Source of the DNA: an uncultured bacterium
GTDB lineage: Bacteria > Krumholzibacteriota > Krumholzibacteriia > LZORAL124-64-63
Assembly (NCBI GenBank): GCA_963727525.1
Contig: CAVSGO010000007.1
Coordinates: 2,112,001 to 2,176,000, forward strand
Length of the DNA: 64,000 nt
Reading direction: 5' to 3'
Shown here: in pieces, positions 47,914-56,539 of the stretch
Layout: every line of letters starts with the position of its first letter
Position numbering within the stretch: the first letter of the stretch is position 1
Position numbers and translations under genes: made by a program
Notes under the pieces: model-generated
Database searches by the model: none
Told to the model about the DNA's origin: nothing
The model's input: the letters and a program-made list of their open reading frames with translations, nothing else

Positions 47914-49818
47914 TCACCATTTGATGCGCAGAAGCTGGGACCCATCGCGCGTGAGCACGGGTGCGAAGCGCGGATCATCGGCGAAGTCCCCGGGCGTCAG
48001 GATGGCGGCGTTCGCCGGTACGCCGCGCAGTCGATGATCGCTCACGTAGAGCCAGCGCACACCGCGAGACACGAGCCCGCGGGTCGAGGCCGGCCAGGGA
48101 TCGTCGCGTAGGCCGCGCACGCCCTCGCGCAGGCGCGTCCCGTCGGATGCGATGCACTCCCACGACATCGGGCAGAGGAAGGCGACGCCGCTGACCTGCG
48201 CGGCCCAGGTGGATCCGTCGTCGCGGTCGTTCGCCACCACTTCGCCGTCGCCCACCGTGTCGCCGATGGCGCAGGCCAGCGCGTAGTCGTCGCGCGTGAA
48301 GGGCACGGCGCTAGCGAGGCTCTCGAGTCCCGGCACCTGCGTCACGAACCCGGCGCCCAGCGGATAGAGCGTCACGAGCACACCCGCCACGAGCGCCGTA
48401 CGACCGCGACGTCGCAGCGCACGTAGCAACGCCACCGTGGCAGCCCCCGCGGCCAGCGGCATCACGAAGATCTGCAGATACGCGACGCGCGCAGCCTGTC
48501 CATAGAACGGCATGGCGAGGATGCGCGACACCGGATCGTGCCACACCTGCAACGCCACGAGCCAGGCGCCCAGCAGCAGGCAGGTCACGCCCACCGGCCG
48601 CCAGCGGCGTTGTGCCAGCAGCCACGCGAGTCCGCCGATCAGCCAGACGAAGCGGACGTCCGGCGGTCCGATCTGCAGCAGAAAGACGCGTAGTGCGCGG
48701 CCCCAGGTCGCGACCTGATCGCGCGCCGCGACCTGCCGCGCCGCCGACACCGCACCGGAAGCCGTTCGCAGTATTGCCGGGTCGAAGGCGAGCGCCAGAC
48801 CGACGAGAAACGCTGACGCGGCGAGCAGGCGCATCCGCGTGGAGCCCACCGCGTCGAATCCGTGGTGGTGGCGCGTCATACCCCACGTGAGAGCGCCCAG
48901 CACGACAACGACCATCACCTCGCTGAAGTGGATGTTCACCATGGCGGCGAGGAACACGCCGGTCGCGAGCGCCACGGGCCAGCGCAGCGATCGGAGAGCA
49001 TCGGCCGCGAGGACCGCCCCCATGGGGGCGAGGAAAAATCCCACCTGCTGCCCGAATCCGCCCCACGAGAAGGGAAGACCCGCGGGGACGTCCCCGTTGG
49101 TCACCACCCATGCCACGCCGGCCAACGACAGCGCAGCTCCCGCGCCCCAGCGCCACCACAGCATCGCCAGGCTCCACGGCACGAGCGCGACCACCGTGAT
49201 CGCGGTGAACCAGGCGGAGATGTACGGGGCGACGCCGGCCACGGTGCCGGTGACGGCCGCGGTCAGGTGCCAGCCCGGCAGGTATCGGTGCACCGGATGC
49301 ACGTGCGCGTAGATCAGCGCCGGATCGAGACTGCCGGTGCGGGCGGCGCGCGCCACGAGGAACGCGTGATTGGACGCGTCGTGCACGTGGGGCGGCGCGC
49401 AGAAGTCACGAAAACCCGCGCACACCGTCACGAACAGCAGGAGCGACGACGCACCCACGAGCCACCACCAGGCCGTCGGGCGACTGCGGGCGCCGTCGTC
49501 AGGTGCGGACACCGCGTCGTTCCGCCCCGCCAGTACACCCGCGGCGCAGGCCAGCAGCGGGGAGGCGACGACGTACCCGAGGATCGGCAGACCGCGCCCC
49601 ACGTCGCGCATCACCAGACCGAGCACGACGACCCACACGAAGCCGGCCGCGAGATGCGCCGGTACGGTGAGCGCGTGCGGCCAGCCGCGCAGCCGTCCGC
49701 GCAGCAGGATCCGGCCGGGCAGCCACCACACGAGCGCCACGCCAAGAAACCAGCGCCCCCACAACCACGGGTCCGTCGTCGGCGTGACCGAGTGAGGATA
49801 CCAGATCGTGTGCCACAC
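47914..49818 (-). CDS. Polytopic membrane protein, probable GT-C glycosyltransferase (DUF6541-like)
   Basis: Many TM helices; PPHVHDASNH loop, YLPGWH, VANDRDDGSTW; start uncertain. Confidence 0.6.
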   Translation of the reverse strand: MWHTIWYPHSVTPTTDPWLWGRWFLGVALVWWLPGRILLRGRLRGWPHALTVPAHLAAGFVWVVVLGLVMRDVGRGLPILGYVVASPLLACAAGVLAGRNDAVSAPDDGARSRPTAWWWLVGASSLLLFVTVCAGFRDFCAPPHVHDASNHAFLVARAARTGSLDPALIYAHVHPVHRYLPGWHLTAAVTGTVAGVAPYISAWFTAITVVALVPWSLAMLWWRWGAGAALSLAGVAWVVTNGDVPAGLPFSWGGFGQQVGFFLAPMGAVLAADALRSLRWPVALATGVFLAAMVNIHFSEVMVVVVLGALTWGMTRHHHGFDAVGSTRMRLLAASAFLVGLALAFDPAILRTASGAVSAARQVAARDQVATWGRALRVFLLQIGPPDVRFVWLIGGLAWLLAQRRWRPVGVTCLLLGAWLVALQVWHDPVSRILAMPFYGQAARVAYLQIFVMPLAAGAATVALLRALRRRGRTALVAGVLVTLYPLGAGFVTQVPGLESLASAVPFTRDDYALACAIGDTVGDGEVVANDRDDGSTWAAQVSGVAFLCPMSWECIASDGTRLREGVRGLRDDPWPASTRGLVSRGVRWLYVSDHRLRGVPANAAILTPGDFADDPRFAPVLTRDGSQLLRIKW

Positions 49819-50047
49819 CGCGGACCTCGCCCTCGCGCATCCAGCGGTGCGCCCGGCCGCATGCCGGACGCTGCCGCGGCCCCAAGAGTGACGTGTTCCG
49901 CACGACGAGTAAAGGTAGACCAGCAGAGGCTGACGTTCCCGCGCCTCGGCGGATCGAGGACGACGCCCTCTCACAGGTGCCCAAGGTTGTGGTATTGTTT
50001 CCTCAGGAACGGATAATGACCCCAGCCCTCCCCGGGAGACGACACCG

Positions 50048-52528
50048 ATGGCGCCCCTCTTTCCCTGGTTCTTCGCCCTCCTCATGCACGGCTCCGGCCC
50101 GGCCCTGTCATCCCCCGCGGCGCTCGAACACGAGACGGGCACGGCCGAGGCCGAACGCGGCCCGGAGCTGATCCGGGAGTACTTCGAGAACTGGCACGCG
50201 CCCTATCCCGGGGATCTCGGTCGCGATCTGCAGGAACGGATCTGGCGCGCAGTCCACGACGTGCCGACCGAGGCGCCCCTCCTCGACGGCGACGGCTGGG
50301 TCCCCTACGGCCCCTTCGGCATGCTCACCGACCTCGGCGCGCGCCACGCCGGCCGCGTGCTCGATCTGGATGTGGGTCCCGGCGGATTGCGACGTATCGC
50401 GGCGGCCAGCGGAGGTGTGTGGGAATTCGCCGATGGCCGCTGGCGCCCCCTCACCGAGACGCTCACGACCCAGTGGATCGGCGCGCTCGCCACGAGCCCG
50501 ACCGATGCCGACCTCATCCTCGTGGGCACGGGCGAACCGTTCATCCGCGCCGGCACCGGACTGTGGCGTTCCACCGACGGCGGCGCCTCCTGGACGGCGC
50601 ACCCGCTGCCGGCGAGCCCGGCCACCTGCTTTCGCCTGCGGTTCCTGCCCGACGGCCAGACCGTGGTGGGCGCGTTCGACCTTGGTCTCTATCGCTCCAC
50701 GAACGCCGGGCTCACCTGGACCCGAACCGACCTGGGAAACTGGCCCACCGATCTGGCGGTCAATCCGAGCGACCCACACGAGCTGTGGACGACGGTTTGG
50801 GCCAACGGTCTCCGCGTGAGCCACGACGCCGGCGTCACCTGGCAGCCGGTGACCGCTCCGGGACTGCCCACCGCGAACCTGGGCCGCGGCGCCGTGGCCG
50901 TGGCCGCCTCGAACCCCGACCGTATCTACGTGGCATGGGCCGGGCAGGACAACCTGCTCCTGGGGCTCTACCGCAGCGATGACGGCGGCGCCACCTTCGC
51001 CGACGTCTCCCCTCCCGAGTACCTCTGGGGCCAGGGCTGGTACAACAACACCCTCGGCGTGGCCCCCGACGATCCCGACCTGGTGCTGGCCGGCGGTGGC
51101 GCCCTCATGCGCACCACGGATGGCGGACGCTCGTGGGAGGCGGTCGCGTCGCCGCACGTGCACGCGGACAACCATGCCGTGAGCTGGTCGAGCGACGGAG
51201 CGCACCTCTGGGTGGGGACCGACGGCGGCGTGAGCGAGTCCGACGACGACGGCCTCACGTGGAACACCACGGACAATCGTCTGCCGATCACGCAGTTCGT
51301 CAACATCGACGCGGGTGACACGGCCCCCCTCCTGCTGAGCGGTGGCTCGCAGGACAATGCCGTCTCCGTGAGTACCGACGGCGGCGCCACCTGGTTCATG
51401 CGCTGGGGCGGCGACGGTGGCGGCATCTCGATCGACCCCCACGACAACGACCACATCTGGGCCACCAGCGGCGTATGGGGCGGACCGCTCGCCTTCCACT
51501 GCGGCTACTCCCAGGACCGCGGCGTCACCTGGCAAGACATCAACAACGGCATCCAGCCCTCGGACCAGTGGTACACGCGCATCCGCAACGATGGCGGCGA
51601 CGGCACACCGGTGGTCTACATGAACAGCAGCGCCCACGTGTACTGGTCGTTCGGCGGGCTCTTCTGGTTCTGGCTCAATCACGATCCGTTCACGTCCAAC
51701 GTGACGGAGCTCACGGTGTCGGGGTTCGTGGACCCGCGCGCAATCGTCTACGCCTGCCTCGACTCCTTCACGCCCGGCGCACGCCTGCAGGTCTACGAGG
51801 ATCCGAACTGGTTCGAACGCTCGTCGTCGCTACCCGATGGCGTGCGGGTACGCAAGGTCGCGGTGGATCCCGCCAGCACCGAGCGCTGCTTCGCGATCAT
51901 GGGCGGCATGGGCACGCCGGGGCGGAAGGTGTTCCGCAGCGAGAATCGCGGGGCCACGTGGATCAACATCACGGGCAATCTTCCGGACATCCCGATGTCC
52001 GACCTCCTACCCGACCCCGGCAATCCGGACGAGTTCTACCTCGGCACGGAGTTCGGCTGCTACCGCACCACGAACGGCGGCGCGGCCTGGCAACGCTGGA
52101 ACGATGGATTGCCCGAGGCGGCAGTGGTCACGGAGATGACGTTCGCCGATCTCTCCGCCGACACGGGCGAGGTCTTTGTGGTCGCGGCCACCTACGGCCG
52201 CGGCCTCTGGATGCGCCGCATCGCCGGCGTGGCGCCCACCGCGACCCCGGACCTGCAGACCGTGGTCGGTGTGCAGCTCCACGCTCCGGTACCGAACCCG
52301 GCCCACGCCGAGACGCAGTTGAGCTTCGCCCTGACCCGGGACACCACGGCACGCCTGCGCGTGTTCGACGTGCGCGGCGCCCTCATCGCCACACTGCTCG
52401 ACGGGCCGGTGAGCGCGGGCCGGCACACCTTCGCCTTCCAGACCGGGCGCGTGGCCGCGGGCGTCTACCTCTGCCGGCTCGACACGCCCCTCGGCTCCAG
52501 CACGCGCCGGTTGCTCGTGATCCGCTAG
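50048..52528 (+). CDS. Secreted BNR/Asp-box beta-propeller protein (VPS10/GH74-like) with T9SS-like C-terminal domain
   Basis: Repeated SxDGGxTW Asp-boxes; C-terminus PNPA..VFDVRGALIATL..AAGVYLCRL. Confidence 0.85.
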   Translation: MAPLFPWFFALLMHGSGPALSSPAALEHETGTAEAERGPELIREYFENWHAPYPGDLGRDLQERIWRAVHDVPTEAPLLDGDGWVPYGPFGMLTDLGARHAGRVLDLDVGPGGLRRIAAASGGVWEFADGRWRPLTETLTTQWIGALATSPTDADLILVGTGEPFIRAGTGLWRSTDGGASWTAHPLPASPATCFRLRFLPDGQTVVGAFDLGLYRSTNAGLTWTRTDLGNWPTDLAVNPSDPHELWTTVWANGLRVSHDAGVTWQPVTAPGLPTANLGRGAVAVAASNPDRIYVAWAGQDNLLLGLYRSDDGGATFADVSPPEYLWGQGWYNNTLGVAPDDPDLVLAGGGALMRTTDGGRSWEAVASPHVHADNHAVSWSSDGAHLWVGTDGGVSESDDDGLTWNTTDNRLPITQFVNIDAGDTAPLLLSGGSQDNAVSVSTDGGATWFMRWGGDGGGISIDPHDNDHIWATSGVWGGPLAFHCGYSQDRGVTWQDINNGIQPSDQWYTRIRNDGGDGTPVVYMNSSAHVYWSFGGLFWFWLNHDPFTSNVTELTVSGFVDPRAIVYACLDSFTPGARLQVYEDPNWFERSSSLPDGVRVRKVAVDPASTERCFAIMGGMGTPGRKVFRSENRGATWINITGNLPDIPMSDLLPDPGNPDEFYLGTEFGCYRTTNGGAAWQRWNDGLPEAAVVTEMTFADLSADTGEVFVVAATYGRGLWMRRIAGVAPTATPDLQTVVGVQLHAPVPNPAHAETQLSFALTRDTTARLRVFDVRGALIATLLDGPVSAGRHTFAFQTGRVAAGVYLCRLDTPLGSSTRRLLVIR

Positions 52529-52622
52529 GCGGGCCCCGCAATCAGGTCGCGGCCACGCAACTTCGCGCGATCGGTGATCTCGTACTATCGTGGCGCCCCG
52601 GAGACCCTACCCGGGAGCGCAT

Positions 52623-53573
52623 GTGGAACGGTTGATCACCATACTCGGCAGGCACCGCCGCCTGGTGGCCGTCGCAGCGGGCGCGCTGCTGCTCGTACCT
52701 CTGTTCGTGCCGATCCCCGCGACCGCGCGCCACAGCCCGCTCATGGGCGAGTTCGGCGACCGCTTGCACGTGCTCATCTTCGCGGGCCTGGCGGCGCTGC
52801 TGGCGGTCTGGGGTCCCACGAAGGGACACATCGTCCGCGCGGCGCTGGTGGCGGCGGCAATCGGAGCAGCCAGTGAGGTTGCCCAGGGTTACGTGGGACG
52901 GTCGCCCGCGCTGGGCGACGTGCTGCTCGACTGCATCGGCATCGGATTCCTGGTGGCCGGCGTGGCGTGGTGGCGCCGGCGCAGCCAGGCGGCGGTGGTG
53001 GCGGCCATCGTCCTGGTCGCCCTGCTCGGCTACACGATGCGCAACGTCCCGAGCATCCTGAGGGCGGCGTATGCCATGCGCCGCAGCGTTCCGCTCATGG
53101 CCGATTTCGACGCGCCGGTGCAGCTCGCCGTGTGGCACGCGGCGGGCGAGGCGACGCTGACCTGGGCCGACGTGGGCGGCGCGCATGGCGGCGTGCTGCG
53201 GGTATCGACTCCGGCGACGTCGAACTGGTCGGGCGCCATGATCACGCGGATGCCGGCCGACTGGTCGCACTACACCGCGATGGCGCTGGATGTGCGTCTG
53301 GTGGGGGACACGCCCGACAGTTTGCGAATGTCGCTCCGGCTCGACGACCACGAGACCCGGCGCGACAAGGACTGGGCGTTGCGTACCGTCGTCGCCACCC
53401 ACGACTGGCGCACGGTGACGCTGCCGCTGAGCGGTCTGGCTACCTACCGCGATGGACGCGCCGTCCTGACACGCGATGTCTTCGCGCTCGGGATCATCCG
53501 TGGCGTGCCGCGGGTGGGCGCGACGTACGAGGTGGACAACCTCCGCTTGCTGGGCGACGCGGCGGTGCGTTGA
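52623..53573 (+). CDS. VanZ-like membrane protein with C-terminal carbohydrate-binding-like domain
   Basis: DRLHVLIFAGL, ASEVAQGYVGRSPALGDVLLDCIG; jelly-roll-like C-terminus (DWSHYTAMALDV..YEVDNLRL). Confidence 0.72.
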   Translation: MERLITILGRHRRLVAVAAGALLLVPLFVPIPATARHSPLMGEFGDRLHVLIFAGLAALLAVWGPTKGHIVRAALVAAAIGAASEVAQGYVGRSPALGDVLLDCIGIGFLVAGVAWWRRRSQAAVVAAIVLVALLGYTMRNVPSILRAAYAMRRSVPLMADFDAPVQLAVWHAAGEATLTWADVGGAHGGVLRVSTPATSNWSGAMITRMPADWSHYTAMALDVRLVGDTPDSLRMSLRLDDHETRRDKDWALRTVVATHDWRTVTLPLSGLATYRDGRAVLTRDVFALGIIRGVPRVGATYEVDNLRLLGDAAVR

Positions 53574-53599
53574 CAGGGACGGATCCCATCGTCTATCCT
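53570..53599 (+). promoter_or_regulatory. Sigma70-type promoter for the PG-binding/SET gene pair
   Basis: TTGACA-N18-TATCCT. Confidence 0.55.
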
Positions 53600-53645
53600 C
53601 CGGGCATCCCGCGCGCACTGCTGCCTCAGTTTCGGGAGTCTGGCC

Positions 53646-54164
53646 ATGCCCAAACCGATTGTCCATTCCGTGGGGCTGTTCGGCAAGAATGCCCCCGCGC
53701 TCGACGTGATGACGATCCAGTACCTGCTCAACTGCATTCCGATCGCCCACGGCGGGCCGACGGTCGAGCTGGTCGTCGATGGGATCTGCGGACCGTACAC
53801 CATTGCGGCCATCCGCCGCTTCCAGCGCCATACGTTCGGCTGGGTCGACGGCCGCGTCGATCCGGGCGGCAAGACCCTCGGCGCGTTGCAGGGCTTCGAT
53901 CCATACCCCGCCGAGGCGTTGCCGCTGGGGCTTGTCGCCGGTAAATCGTCGGCGGTCACCAAGTCGTCGGCGGTCACCAAGTCGGCCGGGTCGGGAAGTG
54001 CCGGCAAGCAGGCGTCGAGCGGAGGTCCGTTCGCCGGGTATCCGAGCGGTACCGCAGCCGGGGGCGGACAGCCGGTGACCAAGAGCCTCGGTGGAGCCGG
54101 CGACGGCCCCCCGGCGGTCAAGGGATTCGTTGGAGGCAAACCCGCCGGTGGAAAGGGTTTCTAG
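53646..54164 (+). CDS. Peptidoglycan-binding-fold protein with Lys/Gly/Ser low-complexity tail
   Basis: DVMTIQYLLN..LVVDGICGPYTIAAIRRFQ..DGRVDPGGKT; GGGAG RBS. Confidence 0.8.
   Translation: MPKPIVHSVGLFGKNAPALDVMTIQYLLNCIPIAHGGPTVELVVDGICGPYTIAAIRRFQRHTFGWVDGRVDPGGKTLGALQGFDPYPAEALPLGLVAGKSSAVTKSSAVTKSAGSGSAGKQASSGGPFAGYPSGTAAGGGQPVTKSLGGAGDGPPAVKGFVGGKPAGGKGF
53946..53981 (+). repeat. 18-bp perfect tandem duplication encoding SSAVTK twice
   Basis: TCGTCGGCGGTCACCAAG x2. Confidence 0.9.
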
Positions 54165-54167
54165 GCG

Positions 54168-54662
54168 ATGGTCGAGCCGGCCACCGCATTCGTGCGGGAA
54201 GTGGTGCGCCCAGGTGGGCCCGATGCCATCCCCTGCATCGACGACCGGAACTGCCGCTTCGCCCTGGACGCGCGGCCGTCGCCTATCCACCGCTGGGGCG
54301 TCTTCGCACGCGGCCCCATTCCGGCGCGACGCCGCGTCATCGAGTACACCGGGGAACGCATCGGCCTCGCGGAAGCCCGACGTCGCAGCCTGCGGATGCA
54401 TCTCTACCTGTTCTGGATCGCGCCCGATCGCGCGATCGACGGCGCGATCGGCGGCAGCGGCGCCGAGTTCATCAACCATGGGTGCGAGCCCAACCTCGTG
54501 GCTCGGCTGTCGCGGGGCCGGATCCATCTGGTGAGTCTGCGACGGATCGCGCCGGGCGAGGAACTCCTCTACGACTACAAGGTGACAGGCGCCGCCCCGC
54601 TCATGCCCTGCCATTGCGGCGCGCCCGGGTGCCGCGGCCAGCTCAATCGACGGGATCCGTGA
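54168..54662 (+). CDS. SET-domain protein-lysine methyltransferase with post-SET Cys motif
   Basis: SPIHRWGVFA, VIEYTGE, FINHGCEPN, GEELLYDY, CHCGAPGCRG. Confidence 0.92.
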   Translation: MVEPATAFVREVVRPGGPDAIPCIDDRNCRFALDARPSPIHRWGVFARGPIPARRRVIEYTGERIGLAEARRRSLRMHLYLFWIAPDRAIDGAIGGSGAEFINHGCEPNLVARLSRGRIHLVSLRRIAPGEELLYDYKVTGAAPLMPCHCGAPGCRGQLNRRDP

Positions 54663-54679
54663 CCGGTCGCGGCGGCGCA

Positions 54680-54708
54680 TTGACAGACGCCGACCGGCAA
54701 CCTATCCT
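54680..54708 (+). promoter_or_regulatory. Sigma70-type promoter
   Basis: TTGACA-N17-TATCCT, followed by GAAGGAG RBS. Confidence 0.65.
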
Positions 54709-54756
54709 TCCGGCGTTCCTTTAATCGCGGCCCGCGAGCCCCGGAAGGAGACCCCG

Positions 54757-55428
54757 ATGCAAGCCTGCCACGTGCCCGTCCCCCGCAGCGTCCTCTTTCA
54801 ACCGCCTGGCGTTCCGCCCACCGCCCAACAGCGCGCTCGCGTGCAGGATCGCGTGGTGACCGAATTGCAGGCCATGGCCGCGACGCACGAATTCGATCTC
54901 CAGCGCCGGGGCGATACCCAGCTCTGGCGCGTGGAAAGGGACGGGCTCTCGTTGCCGTGGCTCGGCGACCTGCTCGAGGCAGGTCTCAAGCGCGCGGCGG
55001 CGTGCCTCGATGCAGATCTCATCGGCGGCGCCAACGTCACGCGGCTGGACCGTACCGTGTCGCTCGGCCACCCGAGGCTGCCGTACCGCAAGGCGCTGCG
55101 CGTCGCCAACGGCCGGGGCTGGGAGCTGGCGCTCGGCGAGGAGATTCCGCGCGAGGCGCAGGCCACCCTCATCCGCTTCTGCGGCCTGCTGCCCATGCAG
55201 GTGCTTTACCTGGCAGGTCAGCCGCGTCCGGGATCGATAGCCGGCGGCGCCCAGGGGCTGTCCTACATGCTGCCCCTGGCCGGCGAGGCGCTGCGGGCGG
55301 AGATCCGGCCCGACGGGGACCGCAGCCTGGCGGTGTGCTGCCTGGATCTCGACCGTCTGCTGCAGTTCTTCCTGGGATTGGGCTCGGCCGGCGGCGGCGG
55401 ATGTGCCGACGCCCTCGAACACGCCTAG
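54757..55428 (+). CDS. Hypothetical protein; degenerate class IIb aaRS (AsnRS/AsnA-like) catalytic-domain paralog
   Basis: Co-linear resemblance to AsnS in this window (motif-1-like RVQDRVVTELQAMAATHEF; RLPYRKAL; LPLAGEAL; motif-3-like LDLDRLLQFFLGL). Confidence 0.6.
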   Translation: MQACHVPVPRSVLFQPPGVPPTAQQRARVQDRVVTELQAMAATHEFDLQRRGDTQLWRVERDGLSLPWLGDLLEAGLKRAAACLDADLIGGANVTRLDRTVSLGHPRLPYRKALRVANGRGWELALGEEIPREAQATLIRFCGLLPMQVLYLAGQPRPGSIAGGAQGLSYMLPLAGEALRAEIRPDGDRSLAVCCLDLDRLLQFFLGLGSAGGGGCADALEHA

Positions 55429-55509
55429 CCCGACGGGAACTCCTGAGCCCCGCCTCGCGTACCAGCGCACTGTATCCCCCCGGACCCGTAGCCCGCAGAG
55501 GTATGCACC

Positions 55510-56472
55510 ATGAAACCCCTGAAGATCCGCATTCTCCTCGTCGTGCTCGCCGTGCTCCTGACCGCCAGCGCTGCGCTGGCGGCCGACGGCTGGCTCGGCG
55601 TCACGATGCAGGAGCTGAGTACCAACCTCGCCAAGGCCATGGACCTGGAGAATGCCGACGGCGTACTCGTCTCGTCGGTCGTCGCCGAATCGCCTGCTGC
55701 CAAGGCCGGCCTGGAGGATGGCGACGTGATCGTGGCCTTTGGCGAGTCCGCCATCAAGTCCCCCGACGATCTCTCGCGCGCCGTGGCCAAGACGTCGCCT
55801 GGCGACAAGGTCAAGGTGCGCGTCATGCGTGGCGGCAAGGCGAAGTCCGTCAACGTCACCGTCGGCGAACGCGAGGAGTCGGATGACGACAATCCCATGC
55901 TGCGCTGGTTCGACGATACCGGTCATCAACGCATGATCATCCGCAACCTGCATAACGGCGGATACCTCGGCGTCGGCCTGCAGGATCTCACCGATCAGCT
56001 CGGCGAGGTCTTCGGCGTGAAGGACGGCAAGGGTGCGCTGGTCACGGAGATCGCGGATGACGCGCCGGCGGCGAAGTCCGATCTCAAGGCGGGCGACATC
56101 ATCGTGACGTTCGGCGACGAGACCATTGGCGACAGTGACGACCTGCGCGATGCCGTGATGGACCGGAAGCCGGGCGACGAGGTGAAGGTGACCTACGTAC
56201 GCCAGGGCAAGACGAAAACCACCACAGTCACCGTGGGCGAGCGTCCCGAGGGCGACGACGCGATGTACTCCGTGCACCGCATGCTCAGGAAGCTGCCGCG
56301 CGCCTTGCAGTTCATGCCTCGCAACGACGCGCACCTACGTGCCTGGCACAACCGTGGTGACAACGCCGTGGCGCGCATCCAGGAAGAGAAGGAGCTGCAG
56401 GAGCTTCGCGAGGATCTGCAGGATCTGCGGACCCAGCTGGACGCATTGCAGAAGGAACTGAAGTCACGCTGA
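55510..56472 (+). CDS. Secreted tandem-PDZ protein with C-terminal coiled coil
   Basis: Signal peptide; two PDZ domains (GWLGV..SPAAKAGLEDGDVI; GYLGV..APAAKSDLKAGDII); heptad C-terminus. Confidence 0.88.
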   Translation: MKPLKIRILLVVLAVLLTASAALAADGWLGVTMQELSTNLAKAMDLENADGVLVSSVVAESPAAKAGLEDGDVIVAFGESAIKSPDDLSRAVAKTSPGDKVKVRVMRGGKAKSVNVTVGEREESDDDNPMLRWFDDTGHQRMIIRNLHNGGYLGVGLQDLTDQLGEVFGVKDGKGALVTEIADDAPAAKSDLKAGDIIVTFGDETIGDSDDLRDAVMDRKPGDEVKVTYVRQGKTKTTTVTVGERPEGDDAMYSVHRMLRKLPRALQFMPRNDAHLRAWHNRGDNAVARIQEEKELQELREDLQDLRTQLDALQKELKSR

Positions 56473-56493
56473 GGTCGCGCGCGGTTGACAGGG

Positions 56494-56520
56494 CGCCCCG
56501 GCACCGCAGGTGTCGGGGCG
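56494..56520. terminator. Hairpin between convergent genes
   Basis: Stem CGCCCCGGCACC / GGTGTCGGGGCG (one G-U), 3-nt loop. Confidence 0.5.
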
Positions 56521-56539
56521 TTCGCGCGTCCGGCAACCG

